64,000 bases of DNA from Acidobacteriota bacterium. Lineage in GTDB: Bacteria; Acidobacteriota; UBA890; WLXD01. Location of the stretch: positions 1,599-65,598 of the forward strand of contig JAJCXS010000299.1 of assembly GCA_029263335.1 (NCBI GenBank). The letters are read 5' to 3'. The position numbers were made by a program, and so were the translations under genes. The notes under the pieces were generated by a model. It worked only from the letters and a program-made list of their open reading frames with translations, was not told the origin of the DNA and did no database searches. The number at the start of each line of letters is the position of its first letter. Positions within the stretch are counted from its first letter, which is position 1. Positions 49,107-61,374 of the stretch are shown in pieces.

Positions 49107-52100
49107 CGCCTGAATTCAATGGTGATGTCGGCGCGCTGGTACTCGCTGCTCGATCCCGGGATCACGATCTCGATCAACGCGCGGCCCGGCCCGGGATTCA
49201 CCACGCTGGATCCGCGCGGGCCGGCCACGTTGCGGATCGGCCACGGCGTGGCGATCGAGAACCGGTAGGGTCGGCCGGGCAGACCCTCGACGCGTACGTT
49301 GAGTGAACCCGCGGTGAAGCGAGACTCGACGACGCGGAGTGACTCACTGGCGGCGCCCGCAGCGGGTGTCGGGAGTGGCTGCATGACTTCGGGAAAGGGG
49401 CTGTGGCGGAAGGCAACAACACCCTGTGCTTCGGTGAGTGTGGCCAGCACCCGCGCCTGCTTCTCGGTCGGCAGGTTGACGATCGACTCGCCGTCGGGAA
49501 TCGCCACGCCGGTGGTGTCGTCGTGATCGAGGTTCACCAGCGCGGCGCGCGGGAACGGTAGCGCCAGGTCGAACTGGATCGGATCGTTGCCGGCGGCCCG
49601 TTCGATGATGAAGGCGCTCGTCTCGTCTTCACGTCGGATCGTGATGTTGAACGCGTTCTCGCCAACGCGTACCCGCTGGGCGGTGAGCTCGCGCCACGCT
49701 CCGGGCAGCTGTGGATGAACGCGGAGGACCCCATTTACCGCATCGGGCCGGATGCCCAGCATGCCCTGGATGACAGGCAAGATGGTCAGCGCATGCGACC
49801 AGGCTTGATGCCCGGTTACGCCGGCGGGCTCCATGACGTCGCCGTTGAGAACCTCGGTGATGTAACCGAGGGACCCCTGGCGCACGAGACGCAGGTTGCT
49901 GTAGGCGTGCAGAAAACCGGTCAGTGGGCGTCGCGCCCCGTAAGCCGCCAGGGATGTCCAGCCGGTAAAGAGGGGCCACACCGAGCCGTCGTGGTAGCCG
50001 GTCGGGTTGTAGTCGGGGTTCGATCGCGGCGCCATCCGAGCGCCCCAGTCCGAGGTGATCGCGGCGCTGCCGAACCTCTCGATCATCGGCCGCGTCTTGT
50101 CGCGATCCGTCACTCCGAGAAGCGCAGGTACCGCAGAGAGGATGGTGTGATGACTCATATAGCTGCCGTCGCTGCGCTTGCCGTAGTGGTAACGCCGCTC
50201 CAGCGGGTCCCAGTAGCCATCGTTGACGGCGCTGCGGGCTGTCTGCGCGCGCTCTGCCGCGGTCTGCTGCAGGTCGTCGTCGACTACCCACTCGGCCATC
50301 CTGGCCACCGCCTCCAGCGTTGCCGTCCACACGCCGGCCAGGTAGAGCGTCGTGTGGGCGCCGTAGAACTTGCCTCCCTCGATCCAACCGTGGCCGACGT
50401 TGGTGTTCTCGATCAGGCCATCGCCATCGGTGTCGGTGCTGTCGAGGTAGTCCATGGCCCGTCGCACGGATGGCCATAGTTCACGCAACAGTTCGCGGTT
50501 GCCGGTGGTCCGTACGTGATGCTCGAGTCCGAGCAGGAACAAGGGGGTGGAGTCGGCGGCGTCATAGTGGGCAACCCAGCCCGGGGACAGCTCGTGCAGG
50601 ATCTTGCCATCGACGTCTTGGTAGCGGGCAAGGAAGCGCAGAGCTTCTTCGGCGAGGTCACCACCGCCGTACGCGTCGGCGGCGAGCGCCGACCAGACTC
50701 CGTCGCGACCGAAGTACCAGCCATAGCCGGGGCGGCGCAGAAAGTCGTTCTCGGCGGCGCCCGGATCGTCCTCGGCCCGTTTGGCGGCAGCGAAACCGGC
50801 GCCCAGGCCGGTGCCCATGCCGGGTGTAGTCATACGGAAAGCCTCCAAGCCGACCTTGGCCCAGCGGAACGCCTCGTCGAGCGTAGGATCGGGCGAAGCA
50901 ATGGCCACGGTCTCGGCGAGGAACTCGCGCCAGTAGTTGGCGTTGGCCGTCCAGATGGTCGCGGGGTCGGCCAGGGCGGCACGGAAATCGTCGTGCGCGC
51001 TGGCCTGATCGTCCGCTCTGGCCGCGAGCACGAAGGTCAGCGGCACGGCCTCGCCGCCAGCCACGTCGGTATCGAGCCAGACTGCGCGCCCGGGCGTGCT
51101 TTCGGCGGCCTCGGCGGTGGGCGCCGTGTCGTCAGCCTCTGTCCCTGCGCTCTCTACTAGCGGCAAGGCTCGCCCACCGAGACTGCCCGCGACGATCGTC
51201 TGGCTGAATCCGGCATAGGCATTCATGACGGCAGCTTCGTCGCGCCACACGACAGCGTGGTCGCTGCTGCTGAAGCCCAGTAGCAGGTCACCCAGATGCT
51301 CCGCCTCGCGCGGCCACATCGTCCCGTGTTCGACCTCCCACGCAGCACGAATACGGAGGGGGGCACCGGAATCCACCGCCAGTACCGCCACCAGACCGGC
51401 CCTTTCGCGCGGTACTGCTATGTGCAGATCGATTACCACGTCATCGAGCGTGTAGCGGAAGCTGTTGCCCTCGGGCCTGGCGGTGAAGCGTATGTTCCGG
51501 GTCTCGTCCAACCAGGTGACCGTGTCATCATCGCTGACGATGCCGAAGCGCAGGTCGCGCAAGAGCCGCAGCGGGTAGCCCCATAGTTCTTCGACCCGTC
51601 CGGTGTCGCGTCCGGTCAACAGGTTGCGCGGGCTGTAGAGATCGAACGATTCGTCCACCGACGACTCGCGTTCCAGCGCCAGCCCCGAGCGCGCGGCGAG
51701 CACGTTCTCCAGCGGCGCCGGATCCAAAACCACGGAGCTGGTGGAACTCGTTGCCGGCGTGAAGAAACGCGTCCCGGATTGCCGAGGCTGCCAGTGGGTG
51801 GTGGCTCCGAGGACACCGGGGAGCCGGCTGGCGACGGGCTCGGCCGTCGGCGCGGTGGGCTCGGCGGCGCTCGGCGGTTGCGGCACCACGGGGTCCGCAT
51901 CCGTCATCGTGGTTTCTGCGGGTAGGGCGGGCGCGCCCGTCGAGGCGATCCGGGCACCGGCAGGCGCCGGCGGTATCCTGCCATCGAGATAGTTCAGCGC
52001 GTCGGCGACGAACAGTTCCAGGTGGTCGCGGTTCACGTTCTTCTCGTCGGCGAAGTAGAGGCCCTCGCCAATCGCCAGGACTTGCCCGGCGCGAGTTGCG

Positions 52101-52813
52101 CCGGGTAGGTACTCGACCACTGCGCGGCGCTCCGGATTCAGTCCGATGTAGCGACGGCCGATAGCGATCACCGCGCCGTCGCGAGGCCAGGAGTCGCCGT
52201 CCCACACGGCCGAGGCGTAGTCGCGCTCGGGCTGCATCCACGCAGTCAGGACACCGCCCCAGAAACGCCGCAGCAGAGGGTGTCCTCGGTAGCTCTGGAA
52301 ACCCGCCAGGATACGATCGTCATCGGGGCCCCAGCGAGCGTAGTCCGTTCCGGGCCGGAATCCGACGGCGTTGGGCGCGTGGGTTTCTATCTCGAGCGGA
52401 ACAAGCCACGGGGTAGCCAGCAGTGACACCAGCAGCGCGCCGCCAGCGTCTACGTGTGCCTGGACCGCTTCGATGGTCGCCGTGCGCAGCGCGGCAGAGG
52501 GCAGCGCCACGCTGTCGGCGTAGTGCCACCACAGCACGCTGGGAGCGGGCGGCCGGTTACCGGGCAGATCCACGAGCTGTGTGTACGTGGTCGCAAATCC
52601 GGGCTGGTCACGGAGCCAGGCCAACGCAGCAGCCGCCTCCGGGCCAAGCCCGGATTCGGCGGCATGCCCCAGGAACACCACGTCGACCGGGACGGTGGGA
52701 TCGATCGTGACCGCACCATCAGGGTTCTGCGCGCAGGCGGCGCTGAGCAGCGCGGCGGCGCCCAAGAGTATCGCTTTGCCGTAGCGTGACTGCGAAATGG
52801 CGATGGGAGCCAC
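49103..52813 (-). CDS. Large lipoprotein glycosidase with (alpha/alpha)6 amylo-alpha-1,6-glucosidase-like domain
   Basis: Lipobox LSAAC; PGYGWYFGRD, GKILHE, DAADSTPLF, DTDGDGLIEN, YHDGSVWP, ITEV, QAWS. Confidence 0.8.
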   Translation of the reverse strand: MAPIAISQSRYGKAILLGAAALLSAACAQNPDGAVTIDPTVPVDVVFLGHAAESGLGPEAAAALAWLRDQPGFATTYTQLVDLPGNRPPAPSVLWWHYADSVALPSAALRTATIEAVQAHVDAGGALLVSLLATPWLVPLEIETHAPNAVGFRPGTDYARWGPDDDRILAGFQSYRGHPLLRRFWGGVLTAWMQPERDYASAVWDGDSWPRDGAVIAIGRRYIGLNPERRAVVEYLPGATRAGQVLAIGEGLYFADEKNVNRDHLELFVADALNYLDGRIPPAPAGARIASTGAPALPAETTMTDADPVVPQPPSAAEPTAPTAEPVASRLPGVLGATTHWQPRQSGTRFFTPATSSTSSVVLDPAPLENVLAARSGLALERESSVDESFDLYSPRNLLTGRDTGRVEELWGYPLRLLRDLRFGIVSDDDTVTWLDETRNIRFTARPEGNSFRYTLDDVVIDLHIAVPRERAGLVAVLAVDSGAPLRIRAAWEVEHGTMWPREAEHLGDLLLGFSSSDHAVVWRDEAAVMNAYAGFSQTIVAGSLGGRALPLVESAGTEADDTAPTAEAAESTPGRAVWLDTDVAGGEAVPLTFVLAARADDQASAHDDFRAALADPATIWTANANYWREFLAETVAIASPDPTLDEAFRWAKVGLEAFRMTTPGMGTGLGAGFAAAKRAEDDPGAAENDFLRRPGYGWYFGRDGVWSALAADAYGGGDLAEEALRFLARYQDVDGKILHELSPGWVAHYDAADSTPLFLLGLEHHVRTTGNRELLRELWPSVRRAMDYLDSTDTDGDGLIENTNVGHGWIEGGKFYGAHTTLYLAGVWTATLEAVARMAEWVVDDDLQQTAAERAQTARSAVNDGYWDPLERRYHYGKRSDGSYMSHHTILSAVPALLGVTDRDKTRPMIERFGSAAITSDWGARMAPRSNPDYNPTGYHDGSVWPLFTGWTSLAAYGARRPLTGFLHAYSNLRLVRQGSLGYITEVLNGDVMEPAGVTGHQAWSHALTILPVIQGMLGIRPDAVNGVLRVHPQLPGAWRELTAQRVRVGENAFNITIRREDETSAFIIERAAGNDPIQFDLALPFPRAALVNLDHDDTTGVAIPDGESIVNLPTEKQARVLATLTEAQGVVAFRHSPFPEVMQPLPTPAAGAASESLRVVESRFTAGSLNVRVEGLPGRPYRFSIATPWPIRNVAGPRGSSVVNPGPGRALIEIVIPGSSSEYQRADITIEFRR

Positions 52814-52819
52814 CGCTTG

Positions 52820-54421
52820 CTAGCGAACGTTGCCGGGAACTCCAGCGATTCCGAAGGTCACCCCGAGGGACTCCAGTAGCGTGCCCTTGAGCTGCTCGAG
52901 GTCGGCGAGTGAGTTCACGTAGTTGAGGATCGCTTCCAGTTCGCTGGTCTGGGCGTTGACGAGATCGCGCTGGAAGCGCAGCACCTCGAAGTTCGTGGTG
53001 GTGCCGACGGCGAACTTGCGCTCCTCGGCGTCGAGCTGTCTTTGCGCCAGCTCGCGCGCTGTCCGCGCCTGCTCCACCTGTCGGGCGCCGCTGGTAACCT
53101 GCCGCGCTGCCTTGGTGACATCGACACGCAGTTCCTGCTCGCGGTCGGCAATGGTCGTGACGATCTGACGCTCGCTGATCGTCGCCTGGGCGTGCCGTGC
53201 CTTGGCCGCCCAATTGTTGATCGGGAACTGCAGCTGCAAGCCAACCCTCCAGTCGCGAAAGTCGCCGGAGAACATCGTGCTCAGCGCGTCGCTGAAGCCG
53301 CCCTCTTGAATCTCGGACACGTCTGATCCGAAACCGGTTCCACGAATGAGGAAATCACCGCCAGTACCGGAGAGCTGCACACTTCCGGTGAAGTTCAGCT
53401 GCGGCTTGAGCGCGTCGCGTGCCACCTTGAGATTGAGGGCCTGAGAGTTGAGGCGTAACGCTTCCTGCCTCAGCCTCGGATCGTTGCCGAGCGCAGTGAG
53501 GATGGCGTCATCGACGTCGATAGCTGGGGTGTCGAGCGGCGGCTCAGTGGTGGGGACGATATTGACGTCCCAGCCGGTGACGGTGGCGGCATCGATATTG
53601 ATGAGGCGCTTGAGATCGTCCTCGGCATCGTCGAGCGTCTGCTGAGCGCGGGTAACCGCCAGTTCTTCGGTTGCTACCTGCTGCTCCGCCTGGATCGTCT
53701 CGATGGGAGCGAGAGTGCCGATCTCTACCTGGATGCGGTTGCGCTCCAGCTGTTCCTGGGCCAGTTCGAGTGCGAGGATTCTTGTCTGCAGGCTGTTCTC
53801 GGCGATCACTAGCGCCCAGTAGGCCCTGTATACCGTGCGCACCGTAGTCCAGACCTGCTGACGGAATTGCTCCTGGCTGATCTTGTAGTCGTTTTGCGAG
53901 ACAACGATCTGCGCAGTCTGAATCTCGCGACCGAAACCCTGCAGCAGGGGCTGCGTCACGCTCAGGTTCATGACCGACCTGAAATTCGGGTTGAAACTGC
54001 TGAACGAGTTGGTGCTGAAGCTACGACTGCCGGTCCAGTTGATGGACCAGTCGGTGCCGTACTCGAGCTTGTCGCGGAACGTGAAACCCGCACTCAGGGT
54101 CTCGTTCGAGATCACGTCACCACCGGCGAGCGTGGTTGTTCCCTGCTGAGTATTGCGCCCGAACTGGCTCGGCAGGTCGAAGATGATCGTCGGGTCGAAC
54201 TGCCCACGATTGGAGTTGATGCCCTCGTACGACGACTCGGGGGCAAGCTTGTTGAGCCGCACCTGCAGGTTGTAGCGCAACGCCATTTCGACGGCGTCGA
54301 AGAGTGCCAGCTCGAACGCTGGCCGGCCGTTGGGGGGAACGTCGTTCGCCGCCTCCTGGGCGGCCAGGGGGGATACCAAGGCAAGAGAGGCGATGCACCC
54401 CGCCACCAACAGATTCCGCAT
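52820..54421 (-). CDS. TolC-family outer membrane efflux protein
   Basis: Signal peptide; AVEMALRYNL, AYWALV, PQLNF, AEERKFAVGTTTNFEVL. Confidence 0.9.
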   Translation of the reverse strand: MRNLLVAGCIASLALVSPLAAQEAANDVPPNGRPAFELALFDAVEMALRYNLQVRLNKLAPESSYEGINSNRGQFDPTIIFDLPSQFGRNTQQGTTTLAGGDVISNETLSAGFTFRDKLEYGTDWSINWTGSRSFSTNSFSSFNPNFRSVMNLSVTQPLLQGFGREIQTAQIVVSQNDYKISQEQFRQQVWTTVRTVYRAYWALVIAENSLQTRILALELAQEQLERNRIQVEIGTLAPIETIQAEQQVATEELAVTRAQQTLDDAEDDLKRLINIDAATVTGWDVNIVPTTEPPLDTPAIDVDDAILTALGNDPRLRQEALRLNSQALNLKVARDALKPQLNFTGSVQLSGTGGDFLIRGTGFGSDVSEIQEGGFSDALSTMFSGDFRDWRVGLQLQFPINNWAAKARHAQATISERQIVTTIADREQELRVDVTKAARQVTSGARQVEQARTARELAQRQLDAEERKFAVGTTTNFEVLRFQRDLVNAQTSELEAILNYVNSLADLEQLKGTLLESLGVTFGIAGVPGNVR

Positions 54422-54562
54422 GCAGTTCCTCACTACCGATCGAGTTCCCCCGCCCAAGGGCACTCGAGTCGTGGTCGGTTTACTAGGCAGGCACACGAGT
54501 CGCCTCCCGCTTATGGAGAAGACGGTCGCCCACCGCCAGAGTTTCGCATGAAAAGCTAGCGC

Positions 54563-55816
54563 TCATTCGTATCGCAGAGCCTCGACCGGGTCGAGGCGGG
54601 CAGCGCGGTTGGCAGGATAGATTCCTGACACGATGCCGATCAAGGAAGAGGTGCCCACGGCGATCGCAAAAGACCACCAGGGGAGAGAGATCGGGAAGCC
54701 GGTGGCCTTGTGCGCGATCCAGCCCACCGAGGCGCCAACGCCGGCGCCCAGCAGACCACCCACCGCCGCCAACACCACCGCCTCGGCCAGAAACTGCAGG
54801 AGCACGTCGCTTCTGCGCGCGCCGAGCGCCTTGCGCACGCCGATTTCGCGCGTACGCTCGGTAACCGAGACGAGCATGATCGCCATGACGCCGATGCCGC
54901 CCACCATGAGCGCGACCGAGGAAAGCGCCACGAGGGTGAGAAAGAAGTACTGCGTAAGGTTGTTCCACAGTTCCAAAAGGGTCTCCTGAGAACTGATTTC
55001 GAAGTCGGTGTCCTGATCGGCGCGCAGACCATGGCGGGCGCGCATGATGCCCTCGACCTCCCGCTGCATGTCTTCGATCGGCACGTTCGGCTTGGCGCGC
55101 ATGATGATCATCGCACCGTCGGGACGGGCGCCGAAGAGCTTGCGGTAGTTGCTCGCCGGCACGATGGCGAAGTTGTTTGCCTGGTCGCCCACCATGCTGG
55201 AGGCGGCTCTGTCCTTGATCGTGCCGATCACGCGGTACTCCCGGCCGTTGATTCGTATTCGTCGATTGATTGGATCCTGTCGTGGGAACAGCGCGTCGCG
55301 CGGCCCACTACCTATAACTACGACGTCGGAACGATTACGAATGTCGACAGGAGAAACGAATCGGCCGAGATCCAGTTCCATGTCACCAGCCTGCAGGAAC
55401 TTCGGCGCAACGCCCATGATCTGTGTCTGATTGGTGCGGTTGCCGCGGAACAACAGCGTTCCCACGGTCGGAATGCCGGCGCCGTACATCACCGAGACGC
55501 CGTCGACGGTGTCGCCGAGCCGCTCGATGGCCTCGGCGTCGCGTTCGCCGATATCCGGGCGCGCCAGCAGCTCGCGCAGGTCCTCGCCATTGAGGAGCCC
55601 TTGGCCACTCCACTTGATCAGGTAGAGAGTGTCCGACCCCATGCTCTCGATCTGTCCGGTGATCGACTTGTCGAAGCCGCGAATCAGGCTGGTCATGCCG
55701 ACCACCATCATGATGCCGATGACGATGCCCAATACGGTGAGCAGCGAGCGCATCTTGTGAGTGCGCAGCGAGTCCCACGCCATCATCAGGACCTCCGACA
55801 ACACGATGCTACGCAT
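54563..55816 (-). CDS. MacB/FtsX-family ABC permease
   Basis: KMRSLLTVLGIVIG, VGGIGVM, SVTERTREIGVRKALGA, LDPVEALRYE. Confidence 0.93.
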   Translation of the reverse strand: MRSIVLSEVLMMAWDSLRTHKMRSLLTVLGIVIGIMMVVGMTSLIRGFDKSITGQIESMGSDTLYLIKWSGQGLLNGEDLRELLARPDIGERDAEAIERLGDTVDGVSVMYGAGIPTVGTLLFRGNRTNQTQIMGVAPKFLQAGDMELDLGRFVSPVDIRNRSDVVVIGSGPRDALFPRQDPINRRIRINGREYRVIGTIKDRAASSMVGDQANNFAIVPASNYRKLFGARPDGAMIIMRAKPNVPIEDMQREVEGIMRARHGLRADQDTDFEISSQETLLELWNNLTQYFFLTLVALSSVALMVGGIGVMAIMLVSVTERTREIGVRKALGARRSDVLLQFLAEAVVLAAVGGLLGAGVGASVGWIAHKATGFPISLPWWSFAIAVGTSSLIGIVSGIYPANRAARLDPVEALRYE

Positions 55817-55821
55817 GGGCT

Positions 55822-57068
<1,247 letters not shown>

Positions 57069-57069
<1 letters not shown>

Positions 57070-57833
57070 CAGCCCGGCACGGCCTCGGTTTCGAGCCGCT
57101 TCGGGGTCTGGAGCTCGTCCTTGACGATCAGGCCGTCGAGGAAGGTCACCACGCGGTGGGCATACAGCGAGATGTCGGGCTCGTGGGTAACCAGGATGAC
57201 CGTTTGCCCTTCGTCGTGCAGGCGGATGAAGAGCTCCATCACCTCGTACGAGGTTTTGGAGTCGAGGTTACCCGTGGGCTCATCGGCGAGAAGGATCGCC
57301 GGGTCGTTGACCAGCGCGCGCGCGATTGCCACGCGCTGCCGTTGCCCACCTGAGAGTTCGTTGGGCCGGTGGTCGGCGCGGTCGTCCAGGCCGACGATAT
57401 CGAGGGCATGGAGCGCCTTCTTCTTGCGCTCACGCGACGACATGCCGGCATAAATGAGCGGCAGCTCGACGTTGTGCAACGAGGTCGCGCGCGGCAGCAG
57501 GTTGAAGGTCTGAAAGACGAAGCCGATCTCACGGTTGCGCACTGTCGCCAGCTCGTTGTCGTCGAGATTGCTGACCTCGGTGCCACGCAGTCGATAAGTC
57601 CCCTCGGTCGGTGTGTCCAGGCAACCGAGCAGGTTCATCAGCGTCGACTTGCCGGAGCCCGACGGCCCCATGATCGCGATGAACTCGTTCTGTTCGATAT
57701 CAAGGTTGACGCCCGCCAGCGCCTCGACCTTGACGCGACCCATGTCGTAGATCTTCTTGAGGTCGCGGATCTTGATTACGGGCTCTTTGGTATCGGCGCG
57801 GGGCTCCGACGGGCGATCGTTCATGTTGCTCAC
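57069..57833 (-). CDS. ABC transporter ATP-binding protein (LolD/MacB type)
   Basis: [32 protein letters not shown]. Confidence 0.95.
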
Positions 57834-59113
57834 GTTGCTTCACTCGTACCGGCGCGGCCCTCTCGGCCGGCCTTCTCGATTCGGTCGCCCGAAGTAAGGG
57901 AGCGGATGACGTCGAACGGTCCGGTAACGATTTCGTCGCCTTCGTCGATGCCTGACAGTACCTCAAAGTGTCGCTCGCCCGCGATGCCGATCTCGATCGG
58001 GACGAAGAGGGCGGCGCCGTCGCGCAGGACGAAGGCTCCCTCCACCTCCTCGAGATCTTCGGCCTCGTCGGCACTCGCGTCGTCCACGTCGGCAAGCAGA
58101 TCGGCCAGTGGATCACGCTGAACCACGTTGCCCTCCGCGTCGAGCTCCACTTCCCTGAGGATCAGGGCCTGAATGGGTACCGCGATGGCGTCGCGGCGCG
58201 TCGCGGTGAGTACGTCGGCGGTGCAGGAAAGGCCCGGACGGGCTCCGGGCACACTCTCGATGACTCGCACCACGACCTTGAAGTTGACCGCCTGAGTGGT
58301 GCTCTGCACCGCGTTAATCGGGCTTCGGCCGACCTCGATGACCTCCGCCGCAAAGACGGCGTCAGGAAAAGCATCGATGCGAACCTCCGCGGGCTGACCA
58401 ACCCTCACGTCGACGATGTCGGTCTCGTCGATCTCGATCTCGGCCTCGACGAATGACAGGTCGGCGATGGTCAGTAGCACGGTACCGGGATTGTTCATCG
58501 TCCCGGTGATGGCCGTCTCGCCTTCCTCGATGTTCAGTTTGGTGATCACGCCATCGAGCGGCGAGTTGAACAACACCTGCGAGAGGTCGTACTCGGACTG
58601 TTTCAGCTGCGCCCGCAGCCGGTCGAGATCGGCCTGTCGCAGTTGCACCGTGCGCTCTTCGCGGCGGACGGTTTGCAGGGCATCCAGGTAGGCCTCTTCG
58701 GCCAGCAGATCCTGTTCGTATAGCCCTTGGCGTCGATCGAGGACATCGCGGGCGTACTGGAGATTCTGCTCCGCCAGCGTGACACTGGTTTTCGCCGACC
58801 CAATCGATGCCTCCACCTGCTCGACAGCACTCACGTACCGTACCGGGTCGATGCGTAGAAGAAACTGTCCGGCGTGCACCTCCTGGCCTTCCTGCACCGC
58901 CAGCTCCTCGATGCGGCCCATGACGTTGGAGGAGATGTCGATTTCCTTGAACGGCCGGATTTGACCCGATCCCGTTACCTTGGAGGTCAGTTCGCGTCGG
59001 CTGACTTCCTCGGTCTGCACGCTCAGCGCCGTGGTGGTGCGATTCATGTTCGCATACACCCCGGCGCCGACGACGGAGAGGAGTACTACTGCGATTGCGG
59101 CTTTTTTCAGCAT
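57830..59113 (-). CDS. MacA/HlyD periplasmic adaptor subunit
   Basis: N-terminal TM, VQEGQEV..GQ, SPLDGVI, IDETDI, RPGLS. Confidence 0.92.
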   Translation of the reverse strand: MLKKAAIAVVLLSVVGAGVYANMNRTTTALSVQTEEVSRRELTSKVTGSGQIRPFKEIDISSNVMGRIEELAVQEGQEVHAGQFLLRIDPVRYVSAVEQVEASIGSAKTSVTLAEQNLQYARDVLDRRQGLYEQDLLAEEAYLDALQTVRREERTVQLRQADLDRLRAQLKQSEYDLSQVLFNSPLDGVITKLNIEEGETAITGTMNNPGTVLLTIADLSFVEAEIEIDETDIVDVRVGQPAEVRIDAFPDAVFAAEVIEVGRSPINAVQSTTQAVNFKVVVRVIESVPGARPGLSCTADVLTATRRDAIAVPIQALILREVELDAEGNVVQRDPLADLLADVDDASADEAEDLEEVEGAFVLRDGAALFVPIEIGIAGERHFEVLSGIDEGDEIVTGPFDVIRSLTSGDRIEKAGREGRAGTSEAT

Positions 59114-59382
59114 CGGGCTTTCGTCGTCAGGGGAGGATGCGCGACGGTAGCGGCGATCGATACCGTTTCGGGGCGGTTGTTCGAGGTCGATACTGCTTCG
59201 AGCGTAGTTACCGTTCGGAGATGCAGCAAGAGCCTTTTTTGTCAATTTTTGTCGACGGTATCTCGTGCCGCTGGGCGGTCGAGAGCCGTCGCCGAGCGGC
59301 GGCGGAACCTGGCCTGCAGGGGAGGCCAGGAGCGGCTCCGCCGGCTTCGGGAGGGCTCCGAACCCATGCTACACTCGTGCCT

Positions 59383-60213
59383 GTGAGCGCCAACGACTTC
59401 GATAATCTCCTGCGCCGCAGCGTCCTGGTGGTCCTCGCCGTACTCGCTTTTGCGCTCGTGGGCAGCCATATGGTGGCGCCAGACGGCGCGCTCTGGCCCG
59501 AGGTTGACCTCGGCGGGCCCACGCCCGAGTTGCGCGTTGATTTGACGGCCACGCCGTGGACCGAAGTTGCTCGTGTGCTCAGCCCCGCCGTTGTCGTGGT
59601 CGAGGTGTATGAAGAAGGCCGCGGCGGTACTGGCAGGCCGCGGTCGAGCGGTTCGGGCGTGGTCGTGCGCTCCGACGGCTACGTGGTGACCAACGCGCAT
59701 GTCGTGGACGACGCCGGAGACATCGAGGTCGCACTGCAGAGCGGTGAATCGCTGCCCGCGACGCTGGTGGGGCGCGACCGGAGCGTGGACATCGCCGTGC
59801 TGCGCGTGGAACCACCGACGGAGCTGGTGGCTGCCGCGCTGGGTGATTCCGACGGGCTCGAGGTGGGCCAGTGGGTGGTGGCATTCGGCGCGCCATTTCA
59901 GCTGAAGAACACCGTTTCGACGGGCATCGTGAGCGCCCTGGGTCGGCGCGTGCGGTCGCTGTCGCTGACCAGCTCCTTTATCCAGACGGACGCCGCGATC
60001 AACCCGGGAAACTCGGGCGGGCCTCTGGTGAACCTGCACGGTGAGGTGATCGGTATCAATACGGCGATCGCGGTTTCGGAAGAAGCCCAGCGAACCGGGC
60101 GCGGCGCCTATGCTGGTGTCGGCTTCGCGATTCCGATCAACACGGTACGTCGCGTGGCGTCACGCCTCATCGGGCGCGCCGGTCTCCTACCGGCAGCCGA
60201 ACCGACGGTCTGA
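59383..60213 (+). CDS. HtrA/Deg-type trypsin-like serine protease without PDZ domain
   Basis: GSGVV, TNAHVV, DIAVL, IQTDAAINPGNSGGPL, GFAIP, then stop. GTG start at 59383 is inferred. Confidence 0.88.
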   Translation: MSANDFDNLLRRSVLVVLAVLAFALVGSHMVAPDGALWPEVDLGGPTPELRVDLTATPWTEVARVLSPAVVVVEVYEEGRGGTGRPRSSGSGVVVRSDGYVVTNAHVVDDAGDIEVALQSGESLPATLVGRDRSVDIAVLRVEPPTELVAAALGDSDGLEVGQWVVAFGAPFQLKNTVSTGIVSALGRRVRSLSLTSSFIQTDAAINPGNSGGPLVNLHGEVIGINTAIAVSEEAQRTGRGAYAGVGFAIPINTVRRVASRLIGRAGLLPAAEPTV

Positions 60214-60225
60214 GGGCGGCTCTCG

Positions 60226-61374
60226 GTGGCGCGTCACGAACGCTTCCGCCTGCTGCTGATCGGCTCCACCGTGGTCGCTGCGGCCGTCACCGTGATTCTC
60301 GGCGTGCCTCGCGCGCGCGGTTTCCTGACGCCCGAAATCGAACGTGTCTGGGTCGTATCGGTGGCCCTGGGAGACGCGGTGGCGAGCACACGACCGAGGG
60401 AGGTGCTGGAGGGCACTCCGGTCACGCTGCTGGCGATCGTGGAGGCGCGTCCCGCGTTTGCCAGCGAAACGAGGCTCTACGGCACCCTCGACGAGGTCGA
60501 CCTCGTCGATGATCGGGGAGCGCAAGGAGTCGAGCGCTGGAGCGACTGGTGGTATCCGCTCGAGTTCCTGTGGCTCAAGGTGGAACCCCTGCACGGGTTT
60601 GCCAATCCGGAGTTTGCCGACGACTTCGCTGCCTCCGAGATTCTCTATGCGGACAGCTACCAGGTCGCCTGGGGTTTCGCGCCGACGCACGCGGCCGACG
60701 TTTCGCCGGTCGGCGACATTTTTCCTGATTTGTCCACGGGAACCATGCGCTATGCGGCCCGCGCCGTGGTGCGCGACTGGCAGGAGGGGATACTGCAGCA
60801 GGTGTCCTCGCCAGCGGCGGCGCAGATTCACGCAGAGCGACAGTCGGATCGACCGCACCGGATCACCGTACGGGCGGCAGACGATCCCATCGGTCGGCTG
60901 CAGGGTTACGCCGGGCTTGTCTACGTACCGTTCACCAACCCCGACGCGACATCGCACCCGGTGAACGAGTATCTGGGCGGCACGGTCTTGGCGTACTGGT
61001 TGAGTGCGCAGCGTGACGCAGGCACCTACGATGGGCAGCTGATTACCTGGGAGAGGCTCGACCAGATTGCCGATGTTGTTGTCGATGACATGTTCCTGGC
61101 CAACGACGGCGCCTACTACTGGACGCAGGATCCGCTGCGTCCCGTCGACTGGGAGACGGTGCGCGTTGGCGATATCGTCACCATCGAAGATCACGTCGGC
61201 ATTCTCTTCCAGGATCGAGGCCCTGGTGGCGGTGGGGACGGCGTGGTCAACCGCTGGGACGAGGCGTGGGAAGCTTACTTTGAGCCCCTGCGGACAACAC
61301 AACTCGGTGAGGCCTTCGTGTCCGACATACGCGTGTGGCGACTGCGGCCCTCGCCGGCCGCCGCCGATCGATGA
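60226..61374 (+). CDS. Exported hypothetical protein with NlpC/P60-like C-terminal remnants
   Basis: Signal/TM; GDIV...HVGIL motif; sits in operon between htrA and hutU (ATGA overlap). Confidence 0.65.
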   Translation: MARHERFRLLLIGSTVVAAAVTVILGVPRARGFLTPEIERVWVVSVALGDAVASTRPREVLEGTPVTLLAIVEARPAFASETRLYGTLDEVDLVDDRGAQGVERWSDWWYPLEFLWLKVEPLHGFANPEFADDFAASEILYADSYQVAWGFAPTHAADVSPVGDIFPDLSTGTMRYAARAVVRDWQEGILQQVSSPAAAQIHAERQSDRPHRITVRAADDPIGRLQGYAGLVYVPFTNPDATSHPVNEYLGGTVLAYWLSAQRDAGTYDGQLITWERLDQIADVVVDDMFLANDGAYYWTQDPLRPVDWETVRVGDIVTIEDHVGILFQDRGPGGGGDGVVNRWDEAWEAYFEPLRTTQLGEAFVSDIRVWRLRPSPAAADR

